64,000 nucleotides of DNA from an uncultured delta proteobacterium (GTDB lineage: Bacteria; Desulfobacterota; RBG-13-43-22): contig CAWDKY010000017.1 in assembly GCA_963802945.1 (NCBI GenBank), forward strand, positions 256,001-320,000. Reading direction: 5' to 3'. Below the pieces are notes generated by a model, which searched no databases, had not been told where the DNA came from, and was given only the letters and a program-made list of their open reading frames with translations. The stretch's first letter is position 1. Every line of letters begins with the position of its first letter. Positions 52,780 to 62,399 of the stretch are shown piece after piece. The position numbers and the translations under genes are program-made.

Positions 52780-52805
52780 CAAACAAGCTTTTTTTGCTAT
52801 AATTA

Positions 52806-53137
52806 CTATATTCGTTCCCAATGTTCGGGGATCCAATATTGTTCAAAATTCCCATTTGAGCCGTAGTTTTCTACCCAATGCCCAGGAACCCATCGTTCCC
52901 GAGTGGAGGGAGGCTGGGAAGACGAGCTATTAAAAGCGGGGAGATTATACGCCCGAACAGGGTGGTAATCGTTATCATAGTTTCTTGGAGGATGAAAAAT
53001 TTGGCCCAGGGGGATGGCCGATCCTACCCCAATAGCTCGCCCGACCAGAAATGATTCGGTCCGGCAAAGGCCGTGGTGACGGCAAATAATGTAACGGTCA
53101 AGCACAGGATCAAGCAAATGACAGTCGCTTTTTTCAT
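52806..53137 (-). CDS. exported glycine-zipper/WxxGHW-repeat protein; frameshift at about 53038
   Basis: MKKATVICLILCLTVTLFAVTTAFAG signal peptide, then AIGVGSAI..WVPGHW..WIPEHW in the adjacent frame. Confidence 0.6.
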
Positions 53138-53205
53138 GGCCTTTTCTTCTTTTCTTTTTTAAATTTTGACCTGGCTTAAAGAGAAAAGGCAAAAAAAACC
53201 ATTTT

Positions 53206-53231
53206 TAACTATTTGTTTGTTTTTTTGTCTA
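53206..53231 (+). promoter_or_regulatory. putative ECF autoregulatory promoter
   Basis: TAACT-16 bp-GTCTA upstream of the ECF gene. Confidence 0.5.
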
Positions 53232-53249
53232 TAATAAGTAAAAACACAT

Positions 53250-53774
53250 ATGACCGATGACCAGTTAGTCGAGCGGGTGAAAAATGGGGATCCCCAGGCC
53301 TTTGAAGAGCTGGTTATCCGGCATCAGAAGTCCTTATATTATTTTGTGTTAAGGGTATTGAAGAACCCCTTGGATGCGGAAGATACGGTCCAAAAAATAT
53401 TTTGGCTGGCTCATAAAAATATCAAAGGATTCCGGGCAGATGCAACTTTCAAGACCTGGTTATATCGAATTGGCATCAATCAATGCCATAATTTTTTTCG
53501 TCAGAAAAAAATTCGGGACACTATCTCTGTAGACGATATCCCGATAACCGATTCAAAAGCTGACCAGGAGAGAGATGTATCAGACAAAGAAAGGTTGGCC
53601 CATCTTCAGAAGGCCGTGGAACGTCTTCCTAATAAACAACGAATGGTGGTGACCTTGAGGATCGACCAGGAACTCTCATTTGAAGAGATTGGAAAGGTCC
53701 TCAATATCAGGGCCAATTCAGCCAAGGTCAACTTTCACCATGCTGTAGAAAAATTAAAAAAGTGGATAAAATAG
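53250..53774 (+). CDS. ECF sigma factor
   Basis: GD.QAFEELV, DAED.VQ, FKTWLYRI, LSFEEIG. Confidence 0.93.
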   Translation: MTDDQLVERVKNGDPQAFEELVIRHQKSLYYFVLRVLKNPLDAEDTVQKIFWLAHKNIKGFRADATFKTWLYRIGINQCHNFFRQKKIRDTISVDDIPITDSKADQERDVSDKERLAHLQKAVERLPNKQRMVVTLRIDQELSFEEIGKVLNIRANSAKVNFHHAVEKLKKWIK

Positions 53775-53781
53775 AAAAAAG

Positions 53782-54465
53782 ATGAAAAAAACAGCCTGTA
53801 AGAATTTCAAGAAAATGGCCGGCGATTATTATCAAAATTTGCTTTCACCCGGCCTTGCCGAACAGGTGGAGAATCATTTATCCAAATGCCCATCCTGCAG
53901 GAAAGAATACGAGGAAACCCGAGAGGTTTTGGCTTTATTAAAAGAGGATCGTTTGGCTGATCCGGGGCCCGCTTTTTGGCAAGGACTGAATTCCCGGGTT
54001 ATGGCTCAAGTCCGTCTTTCCAAACCCGAATTCCAAGAAACTCCTTGGTACAAAAAGATTTGGAGAAATCTTTTCGAGTGGCCGGGTTATGCCTGGGCCA
54101 CAGCCTTGATCCTGATATTGTTGACTCCTGTTGCCATTTATACTATTCATATTCAAGCCCATAACGCAACATCAGGCCTGGAAATTCAAGACCAGGCGGC
54201 GAAATGGGAGACAGGGAGTGAGCCCTTGTCCATGGCCGTTGAATCCCTATCCGACAAGGATGCCGTTCGTTTAGCCAAAAGGGTGGTGGCCCGGATGGGG
54301 GAGGACTTACCCGGCCCTACCCGTTTGCTGATGCAAAATGAGACCCATTGGGATATTTCCCGATCCACCGAAGGACTCAATAATGAAGAACTGGAGGTCC
54401 TGATTAAAAAAATGGAAACCGGCAGATCCGGCGGTATGAAGGAGGAAGAAGATTATGACTGTTAA
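53782..54465 (+). CDS. zinc-binding (ZAS) transmembrane anti-sigma factor
   Basis: HLSKCPSC (HxxxCxxC) plus one TM. Confidence 0.85.
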   Translation: MKKTACKNFKKMAGDYYQNLLSPGLAEQVENHLSKCPSCRKEYEETREVLALLKEDRLADPGPAFWQGLNSRVMAQVRLSKPEFQETPWYKKIWRNLFEWPGYAWATALILILLTPVAIYTIHIQAHNATSGLEIQDQAAKWETGSEPLSMAVESLSDKDAVRLAKRVVARMGEDLPGPTRLLMQNETHWDISRSTEGLNNEELEVLIKKMETGRSGGMKEEEDYDC

Positions 54466-54973
54466 GAATAGGTTGGGGATCTTTCTTCTTTCGTTGATTC
54501 TTGGAAGTTCTCTGGCTTGGGCCGAACCCTGGAAAGAAGTTAAAGACCCCCGAGAAAGAAGCTGGGAACGAATCAAGACGATCAAGATGTGGAAATTGAC
54601 TGAAGTCCTTAAACTTGACCGGGAAGGATCCGCCCGGTTTTTTACGATCAACCATCAATATGAAGAAAATAAAAGAAAAGTGCATCGTGCATATCACGAG
54701 GATATCCAAAGACTTCGAAATCTTCTGCGGGATATAAATCCTCCGGAACGGGAGTTGCGAGACCTGGTGCTTCGACTAAAAAACCGCAAAAAAGAAATGA
54801 ACGATTTGGAGAATAAGCAAATGGAAGATGAAATGAATTTACTCAAACCTGAACAGCAAGCCAGGTACCTTCTTTTTCAGATAGACTTTCGACGGGAGAT
54901 GGAGGATATGATCCGTGAAGTTCAGGGAGAAAGACCCCCCAGACCGGGATTTGAAAAACTGCCAATAAGATAA
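54455..54973 (+). CDS. periplasmic Spy/CpxP-like helical protein
   Basis: Signal peptide, charged helices, LLKPEQQARY. Confidence 0.7.
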   Translation: MTVKNRLGIFLLSLILGSSLAWAEPWKEVKDPRERSWERIKTIKMWKLTEVLKLDREGSARFFTINHQYEENKRKVHRAYHEDIQRLRNLLRDINPPERELRDLVLRLKNRKKEMNDLENKQMEDEMNLLKPEQQARYLLFQIDFRREMEDMIREVQGERPPRPGFEKLPIR

Positions 54974-55023
54974 AAAAAACAAATCAGGCAATGGGGATTT
55001 TTAAAAGGAGTTCCTTCTTTAAT

Positions 55024-55509
55024 TTAGCCTTTCTGTTGAAAGGTTTTCCCCGGATATCGAACGGCCATAACGGTGCAATGGGCTCGACGGGCCACATTTT
55101 CGGCGGTACTGCCGAAGGTGATGCGATCCAATTCGGAACTGCCGGCGGCCCCTAAGATGATTAAATCTACATTCTGTGCCCGGGCAAAACGGATGATCTC
55201 CACAAAAGGAACCCCGCTGGCCACATGAAATTCCCAATTATTCCTTAAAGCACCCATTTGGGGTCCATAACGTGCTTTTACTCTTTGGGTGCCTTTTTCA
55301 ATAACCTCCGCAGAGAAAAAGTTTTTTTCGCCGCCCATAACCGATTCATGGCTCACAGTGGGTATATCCTTATAGGGAGCATGCAAAACATGTAAGACGT
55401 AAAGCCGGGCCTGGTATTTTTCGGCTATATCCAAAGCGGTTAAAAAGGCATAATCGGCATCTTCCGAAAAGTCTGTACAGAAAAGAATCCCCTCATATTT
55501 TATGGCCAT
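55024..55509 (-). CDS. universal stress protein
   Basis: ILFCTDFS, G.PFVEI, DLIILG, FGSTAENV. Confidence 0.92.
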   Translation of the reverse strand: MAIKYEGILFCTDFSEDADYAFLTALDIAEKYQARLYVLHVLHAPYKDIPTVSHESVMGGEKNFFSAEVIEKGTQRVKARYGPQMGALRNNWEFHVASGVPFVEIIRFARAQNVDLIILGAAGSSELDRITFGSTAENVARRAHCTVMAVRYPGKTFQQKG

Positions 55510-55621
55510 AGAACCTCCAAGGATGAATATAAGATTTTATATTTCTCATTAATGAAAATGGTTCGATTCAGATTGATGCTCAAGGGCCATTTCAGAATTG
55601 ATAAACCATAGGCCATGAACA

Positions 55622-56407
55622 TTATCTGACGGACCCTGAAGTAAAATTTCCAGCTTGATTTAAATCCGGATTATCTTTATTTTGTCCTTCAAGACGCTCC
55701 TTCTGGATCTTTTGAAGTTTACGCCAGATCACTTTCACCTGTCTGCGGGTTTCTTCAAGAGAACCGGAGTTGTCCACAATCAGATCACAATACCCCTTTT
55801 TTTCTTCCACAGGCATTTGGGACTTTATGATGTTCATAGCCAATTCCTTGCTGATCCCGTCCCGTTCCATCAGCCGTTTCAACTGGACTTCCTCCGGGGC
55901 ATAAACCATCAACAGGAGGTCGAACAAGGTTTGTAGATGAGCCTCAATGAGAAGCGCACCTACCACCTGGATGATGACCGGTTTTTCCCCTTGAGAGAGT
56001 TTTTCGACCCGCTTTAAATAGGCTTCAAACATTCTCGGGTGGGTGAAGCTTTCCAGTTTTGTACGTTTTTCCTTATCCCGAAAAACGATCTCTTTGAGCT
56101 TCTCCCGGTCGAGGGTTTTGTCTTCCGACAGGACCTGTTCTCCAAAATAAGAAACAACATCCCGGTAGGCCGGGTTGCCGGGTTCCATAACCTCCCGGCT
56201 TAAGACATCAAAATCGATCATTGGGGCGCCCATAACCTCCAGCATCCTGGCCACAGTGGACTTTCCCGTGGCAATACTGCCCGTTACCCCAAGCAGGAGT
56301 CGGCGGGGATTTCGTTTGAGCCTGCCTGATTCGGTCTCTCTGCGAACTGGGTCCTCTCCATCTTGACTGGTGTTCACGACGCTCTCCTTTCCCCTTTTCC
56401 TTTTCAC
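55622..56407 (-). CDS. coaE: dephospho-CoA kinase (start uncertain)
   Basis: GVTGSIATGKSTV, LDREKL, LESFTHP, RLMERDG, SQMP, DNSG. Confidence 0.92.
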   Translation of the reverse strand: MKRKRGKESVVNTSQDGEDPVRRETESGRLKRNPRRLLLGVTGSIATGKSTVARMLEVMGAPMIDFDVLSREVMEPGNPAYRDVVSYFGEQVLSEDKTLDREKLKEIVFRDKEKRTKLESFTHPRMFEAYLKRVEKLSQGEKPVIIQVVGALLIEAHLQTLFDLLLMVYAPEEVQLKRLMERDGISKELAMNIIKSQMPVEEKKGYCDLIVDNSGSLEETRRQVKVIWRKLQKIQKERLEGQNKDNPDLNQAGNFTSGSVR

Positions 56408-56769
56408 CTCTTGCCTGTTGCCCCCGGCCCGGAAACCATTTTCTAAAAGGATTACTATATTCCTGGTCGGGGAGCAAATGAAAAAAATCGATTCAGATTA
56501 ATAAAATAACTTTTGATTTTTTTGGGCGGAATTAGCCGATGGTTTGGGTTCAAAATGGCCGGATTTGTCCTCATTTTCAAAAAAATCCGGCTTTGAAGGT
56601 CCATTTCGAGCCCTTCTTAAAAATGATGAGCAGGCAGATATTTTTCTTGATTGCTGCAACCTTGTCGTGCTAATTTGCTAAAATTATTGAAACACCCTGT
56701 CCCCTGCCGAACGGATGTCGGCAGCTTAAAATCCATCAACCCAAGGTTTCTATATTAGGGGAAGGCACT

Positions 56770-58470
56770 ATGTTTTTTAAAACCAGTCTTTATGTTGCTT
56801 TGATTCTTTTCGGGATCGGGACGGTTTATAAAGTCCTGATGTGGTTTCGACGACAAGCCGGCGATCCATTGAGAAAAATAACCGCCCCCAAGCGAGTTTT
56901 TGAGGCCGTCAAAGGAATATTTTCAACTATTTTTAGCCTAAAACTGTTTCGTCTGATCAAAGTCTGGTTTTTGGAAGTCTTCATTCAAAAACAGATAGGC
57001 CGGGAAGGTTTTGTCCGCTGGTTCATGCATTTTTGCATCGCCTATGGATTTATCTTTCTGCTTTTGATGCATGCCTTGGATCGCTTTGTCAGCCAAAAGT
57101 TGTTTGCCGAATACCAGGCCACTCTCAATCCCTTTCTTTTCCTTCGGAATCTGTTCGGGGGCATGATGCTGGTTGGCCTGGGAATCGCTGTCTATCGCCG
57201 GATCTCCAACCGGACCATGCGCTTGACTACACGGGGTGTGGATATCTATGCCTTGGTGGTTTTGGCCTTGATTGTCCTTTCCGGTTTTTTCCTGGAGGCC
57301 ACCAAGATCGTCTCCCATGAGCGATATGAAGAAATGATTTCCGAATATTCTTCCATATCGGATGAGCAGGAAGCCCAGGCTTTGAAGGCCTATTGGGCCA
57401 AGGAATTTGCCGTAGTTTTTCCCAAGTCCCCGGCCATGGATGCCGCTTCATTAGCCAAAGGGAAAGAGGTCCATCTCCTTAATTGCGCATCCTGTCATTC
57501 GAGGCCGACTGCGGCCTTTGTTTCTTACGAGCTGGCCAAGGCGATTACCCCTTCGGCACTTTTTTTGAGTCAGAAAACCATTAGAGAATCCCTACTCTAT
57601 TTTCACTTCCTGGTCTGTTTTCTGGGGCTGGCTTTGCTGCCTTTCACCAAATTTTTCCATATCCTGACCAGCCCTCTGGTGCTCCTGATCAATGGGGTGA
57701 TGGATCGGGCCAAGGCTTCCCCGGCTAATATTGCCACGGTCCAGGCCATCGAGCTGGATGCCTGCACCCATTGTGCCACCTGCAGCCTGCATTGTTCAGT
57801 GGGACCGATATTTCAAGAGATCCCCAATAAAACTATTTTGCCTTCTGAAAAATTGGCGGCTTTATCTGCCCTGGCCCCTAAGAACGGGAAGTCCATACCT
57901 ATCCTGTCGGTTATCAGCGAAGGGGCTTCCATCTGCACCAAATGTTATCGCTGCACCACCGTTTGTCCGGTGGGGATCGACCTTCAAGATCAGTGGCTGA
58001 CTCTGGACAAGGGATTGATTCATCTGGAATGTCCCGAACCTTTCATCCGGGTACGAAACGCCTTCACGGCCAAGTTCGATTCGGATCGAAAAAAAGCCAT
58101 TGTTCCTTTAACGTCAGCCAATAAAAAATTCAAACAGGGTGTGGGGCTTTCACTTCAGGGCAGTACCTTTCATCATTGTTTCACCTGTATGACCTGTTCC
58201 AATTCCTGTCCGGTGGTGGTCCATTATCAAAATCCCGGCGAAAAATTGGGATTACTGCCCCATCAAATTATGCAAAGTTTGAAATACGGAATTCAGGATA
58301 ATGTCTTGGGGGCCGGCATGGTCTGGGACTGCCTGGGCTGTTATAATTGCCAGGAAAACTGTCCTCAGGGGATCCGGGTAACTGATATCTTCTTTGAACT
58401 TAAAAATGAAGCTTACCAACAGGGTAAGAATCTGACTCCCGGGGAACGGGAATCGGGAGAACCGTCATGA
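56770..58470 (+). CDS. NarI/HdrE-type cytochrome b with a CxxCH loop, fused to ferredoxin and HdrC-like 4Fe-4S domains
   Basis: RWFMH..LLMH and YFH..TKFFH heme b His pairs, CASCH, four CxxCxxCxxxC motifs. Confidence 0.8.
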   Translation: MFFKTSLYVALILFGIGTVYKVLMWFRRQAGDPLRKITAPKRVFEAVKGIFSTIFSLKLFRLIKVWFLEVFIQKQIGREGFVRWFMHFCIAYGFIFLLLMHALDRFVSQKLFAEYQATLNPFLFLRNLFGGMMLVGLGIAVYRRISNRTMRLTTRGVDIYALVVLALIVLSGFFLEATKIVSHERYEEMISEYSSISDEQEAQALKAYWAKEFAVVFPKSPAMDAASLAKGKEVHLLNCASCHSRPTAAFVSYELAKAITPSALFLSQKTIRESLLYFHFLVCFLGLALLPFTKFFHILTSPLVLLINGVMDRAKASPANIATVQAIELDACTHCATCSLHCSVGPIFQEIPNKTILPSEKLAALSALAPKNGKSIPILSVISEGASICTKCYRCTTVCPVGIDLQDQWLTLDKGLIHLECPEPFIRVRNAFTAKFDSDRKKAIVPLTSANKKFKQGVGLSLQGSTFHHCFTCMTCSNSCPVVVHYQNPGEKLGLLPHQIMQSLKYGIQDNVLGAGMVWDCLGCYNCQENCPQGIRVTDIFFELKNEAYQQGKNLTPGERESGEPS

Positions 58471-59321
58471 GATACAGCTTATTTCCAGGATGCAAAATCC
58501 CTTACTATGTCCCCCAATATGAAACCTCCAGTAGAAAGGTTTTGGAACAATTCGATGTCGAATTAGAAAATATTGAATTTAATTGCTGCGGATACCCTGT
58601 CCGCTTTCTGGACTTCAAGGCCTTTATCCTTTCTTCGGCCAGAAATATCGCTCTGGCCGGTGAAAAAGGGTTGCCTTTGCTCTGCCTTTGCAAGTGTTGT
58701 TACGGGACGTTACGGTATGCGGATATTCTGTTGAGAAAAGATGAAGCCCTTTTGAAAGAAATCAACGAAGAGTTAAAGGCCGATGGCCTCCAATATCCGG
58801 AACGCCTGGAAATCAAGCACCTGTTAAATGTCCTCTATGAAGACATCAATCCGGAAAAAATCCAGAAAAAAAATGTCCGCCCATTTCAGGGTCTAAAGGT
58901 AGCTGCCCATTATGGGTGTCATATCCTGCGTCCCCACGATGTGGTCCAATTTGACAACCCGGTTAATCCGAATAAATTTGAGAAACTCATAGAAGTGACC
59001 GGGGCATCCAGCGTGGACTGGCCGCTCCGACTTCAATGTTGCGGAGACTCCATGCATGGGAAGAACGATGTTTTGGCACAGGAGATGGGGGAGAAAAAGA
59101 TCAGATCGGCTTCAGATGCCGGGGCTGATCTGATTTGTGTTGGTTGCACCCACTGTCAGATGCAGTTCGACCGGATTGGCAGTCAAATGAAGGAACAAGG
59201 GGAAAACGGGAAAGTCCTGCCTTCTATTCTTTACTCACAATTGCTGGGCCTGAGCCTGGGGCTGGAAGCTGTTGCCCTGGGGATTGATGAAAAGACACCG
59301 GGGTTGAGGGACCTGCTTTAA
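58467..59321 (+). CDS. hdrB: heterodisulfide reductase subunit B
   Basis: YSLFPGC, FNCCG, ARNIALA, VAAHYGCHILRP, QCCG, C.HCQMQFD; ATGA overlap with the upstream gene. Confidence 0.9.
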   Translation: MRYSLFPGCKIPYYVPQYETSSRKVLEQFDVELENIEFNCCGYPVRFLDFKAFILSSARNIALAGEKGLPLLCLCKCCYGTLRYADILLRKDEALLKEINEELKADGLQYPERLEIKHLLNVLYEDINPEKIQKKNVRPFQGLKVAAHYGCHILRPHDVVQFDNPVNPNKFEKLIEVTGASSVDWPLRLQCCGDSMHGKNDVLAQEMGEKKIRSASDAGADLICVGCTHCQMQFDRIGSQMKEQGENGKVLPSILYSQLLGLSLGLEAVALGIDEKTPGLRDLL

Positions 59322-59478
59322 TTCGAAAATACTTTTTATCGTTTAGCCCCGCAAAACGGAACCATTTTCATTCTTTGTGGTGCCCTCTGTAAGTCATCCT
59401 CCTGTCAAATGGGCTTTGGGGGAAGATGTACCTGTTTTGAATCAATCAAGATAAATTATTGGAATAGGGTGGATAACT

Positions 59479-60657
59479 ATGTTCAACCGGGAAACCTGCA
59501 AACGCTGCGGTGTATGTCTAATGCTGTGTCCTTTTCTTGAGCTGCCTAAAGAACAGGCCAAGGAAGAGGTGGCCCAAATGATAGAAAAGATGGAGTCAAA
59601 AATCGTGTTAAAAAATTGTGCCGGTTGCTCCTATTGCGATGTCATTTGTCCGACCCAGTCCAACCCTTCCGAACTTCGAAAGGAGGTTAAGCTAAAAAAA
59701 AGCCGGGAGAGAGGCGTGCCCGGTTTATCTATCATCTCCGAACAAGTTCCCTGGAACCTTATGTCCATCGGCTTGGAGTTTGAAAAAGAGGAGAAGCGAA
59801 AAGCCCTATCTGACTTTTCAAACCCCGCTTACAATGAAGAAGTTTTTTATCTGGGATGCAGTTTGTCCCATATATACACCGATCTGGCCCAAACCCGGTT
59901 GTTGGAAAAATTGCCCATTGTCGGCGGTATGAAATACTGTTGCGGCGGATACGTCCACAACAACTTCGGGAAGGAAGAGGCGGCCATCAAAGGTAGACAG
60001 CTGCTTAAGGAATTAAAAGCCATCGGAGTTAAAAAAATGGTTACCTTCTGCCCGGGATGTGACCATATGATCAGCGGGGTCTATCCTGAAATCATCCCGG
60101 AATTCGATATCAAAACCATAACCATCGATGAATATCTTCTTGAACAACATCAAATAGGACAGTTAGAATTTATCCAACCCATAAACAAACGGGTGACTTT
60201 TCATGACTCCTGCACCTGGCGGAAGTTAGGGTCCGAAATCTATGAAAAACCCCGCCGGCTTCTTGAAAAGATGGGGGCAGAGGTGGTGGAAATGAAACAC
60301 AATCGCAGGGAGTCCATGTGCTGCGGTGCCCCCTTGTCCGGAAGAAATCCCCAGGCGGCGGCCGACATCGCCCGGAAAAGGGTGTTGGAAGCCAGGGAAG
60401 CCGGGGTGGAGGCCATCGTGATCAGCTGCACAGGATGTTTCGCCCTGTCGGAACAGGCCGCCGAGCAGGGACTGGAGATTTACAATATTACCGAATTAGC
60501 CCAGATGGCCATCGGGGAAAGGCCTCCTCACCGGATCGATGAAATTAAAAAAAACCTAACCCGGAATATTATGACCAAACTCGCCGAGAATCCGGAGGTC
60601 TTAAGGCAAAGATACACCCTTAAAAACGGTGAGATAGAGCCTATTAATTTGTTTTAA
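59479..60657 (+). CDS. 4Fe-4S + CCG-domain Fe-S oxidoreductase (HdrD-like)
   Basis: CKRCGVCLMLCP, CAGCSYCDVICP, YCCGG, FHDSC, MCCG. Confidence 0.85.
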   Translation: MFNRETCKRCGVCLMLCPFLELPKEQAKEEVAQMIEKMESKIVLKNCAGCSYCDVICPTQSNPSELRKEVKLKKSRERGVPGLSIISEQVPWNLMSIGLEFEKEEKRKALSDFSNPAYNEEVFYLGCSLSHIYTDLAQTRLLEKLPIVGGMKYCCGGYVHNNFGKEEAAIKGRQLLKELKAIGVKKMVTFCPGCDHMISGVYPEIIPEFDIKTITIDEYLLEQHQIGQLEFIQPINKRVTFHDSCTWRKLGSEIYEKPRRLLEKMGAEVVEMKHNRRESMCCGAPLSGRNPQAAADIARKRVLEAREAGVEAIVISCTGCFALSEQAAEQGLEIYNITELAQMAIGERPPHRIDEIKKNLTRNIMTKLAENPEVLRQRYTLKNGEIEPINLF

Positions 60658-60729
60658 TACCCCTTCCGTAAGCCATCGTTTCTTGCGGAAACAGCTTGTG
60701 AACAATTCAATCCAAAGGAGGTCAAAAAA

Positions 60730-61752
60730 ATGTGGGCTGCTTCAAAATGCGATTTTTGCGGTGATTGCCTGGTCAAATGTCGTTATGCCGGTTTCGATCG
60801 GGACAAAGCTGTGACGGAAATAAAACTACTGGCAGAGGGGAAAGAGGCCGACATCCTTAATCGATGCATTACCTGCGTTGCCTGTACCAACTACTGCCCG
60901 ACCGGTGCTGATCCTTCCAACCTTATCTTTCGAATGCAGGAAAAGATCGGTACCGCTCCTTTGATCGTAAACACCAAACCGGTTCACGAAATGTTGGCTA
61001 AAGGACTCGAAGGCCGAGGTGCTCCTGTAGAGATGATCCCGGGAGACCCGAACAAACCCGTTCTGTCTTTCGACTCCTTCGAATATAAACAATTTCCCGA
61101 GGGTACGCTCGAAAGCAGGCTGTTTAAAGGCATGACCGTGGTCAGGGGACCGGAGTACATGTCTTTGGCCGGTTGTGTCCATATGGGCGGAGAAAGCTTC
61201 GCCGGGAAGTATGCCGGCAGAGTGATCGGTAAGCTGGCCGAGTTGGGGAAGGATATTGTTTATCTCCATAATGAAGGGTATGCGCTGGCCCATGTTAAAG
61301 CCAAGGAGCTGGGAATCACCGTGCCCTTTAAATATCAGCATTTATATGAATACCTGCTGGATTATCTCAAAGGCAACCGGGGTGACATCACTCCTTTGAA
61401 TAAAAAGGTCGCCTACCAGGCCAACTGCGCCACCCGATGGCTGCCGGAACAGGACCCCTGGTTGGATGAGATCTTCTCTCTTATCGGAGTCGAACGCCCA
61501 CCCAGGCAGTATGAAAAACTGAATGCCCTCTGTTGCAGTGGACCTGTTATCGGCATCAACAAAGAGCTGGCCATTGATATGCAGGAAAAGAATGTAAGAG
61601 ATGCTTTGGATTGCGGTGCTCAGGCCATGATCACAATGTGTCCCATATGTGACGCGGTTCTGCGGCGCCCCACCTCGCGTTTGGGTCTGCCCAAGATTTT
61701 CATTACGGATTTGTGCCGCATGGCCCTGGGAGAGATAGCCTGGCCGGTATAA
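60730..61752 (+). CDS. 4Fe-4S + CCG-domain Fe-S protein
   Basis: CDFCGDCLVKC, CITCVACTNYCP, YQANC, LCCS, MCPIC; first CCG domain degenerate. Confidence 0.82.
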   Translation: MWAASKCDFCGDCLVKCRYAGFDRDKAVTEIKLLAEGKEADILNRCITCVACTNYCPTGADPSNLIFRMQEKIGTAPLIVNTKPVHEMLAKGLEGRGAPVEMIPGDPNKPVLSFDSFEYKQFPEGTLESRLFKGMTVVRGPEYMSLAGCVHMGGESFAGKYAGRVIGKLAELGKDIVYLHNEGYALAHVKAKELGITVPFKYQHLYEYLLDYLKGNRGDITPLNKKVAYQANCATRWLPEQDPWLDEIFSLIGVERPPRQYEKLNALCCSGPVIGINKELAIDMQEKNVRDALDCGAQAMITMCPICDAVLRRPTSRLGLPKIFITDLCRMALGEIAWPV

Positions 61753-61808
61753 GAGAGTTAACTTTTTTTGAAATTATTCAAGAAACCTATTAGAAGGGGA
61801 ATTTAAAT

Positions 61809-62291
61809 ATGCCGAATAAATTGTCACTGGAAGAAGCAAAAGAGAAGGCTTTGGAATTTCTTCACAAAGGATATCACTGAGGCCCATCGGTCCTGCAAGT
61901 TATGTGGGAAACGTACGATATGGGTAATGAAGATTTTCTTTGGGCAGGTATTCCATTCAACGGAGGGATCAGTGGACATCAAAATGCCCCGTGCGGCGCG
62001 ATTTCCGCATCGGCCATATCCTTGGGGTTGAGACACCGTTGTTCCCTGGCGGACAAAGAGAAGGTTAAACAGGCCAGAAACACTATTCGCCTCCAGGCTG
62101 GAAAATTGTTAGATGATTTCACCAACCAATTCGGTGACATCACCTGCCGAGGTCTTCTGGGCTTAGATTTTAATATCCTTGGCGAGTACCAGAAGTTTCG
62201 GGAATCGGGAAAATCAAAGGATACCTGCGAAAAGTATGTCCTGTATGTTATTGAGAAACTTTATTCCTTCGAACAGGAGAAAGATTTGTAA
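61809..62291 (+). CDS. C-GCAxxG-C-C family redox protein, probable selenoprotein (UGA at 61878)
   Basis: MPNKLSLEEAKEKALEFLHKGYH-U-GPSVLQVMW in frame with PFNGGI..CGAISA..CRGLLG..C; RBS GAAGGGG. Confidence 0.8.
61888..61913 (+). promoter_or_regulatory. putative bacterial SECIS element
   Basis: TCCTGCA-AGTTA-TGTGGGA stem-loop; loop G is 19 nt after the UGA. Confidence 0.55.
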
Positions 62292-62399
62292 TTAGCATGG
62301 CAATAAATGTGTTCATTATTAACGGCGTCTTCAAAGCATCTTGGCGCATGGGGGGAGATTTCTTCCCGTGGTTGGAGCCTTTATCATCCAAATTGATTG

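Noticed and set aside
52572-52802. 76-aa ORF after rimI
   Set aside because: It lies almost wholly within the MITE-like element and is probably spurious.
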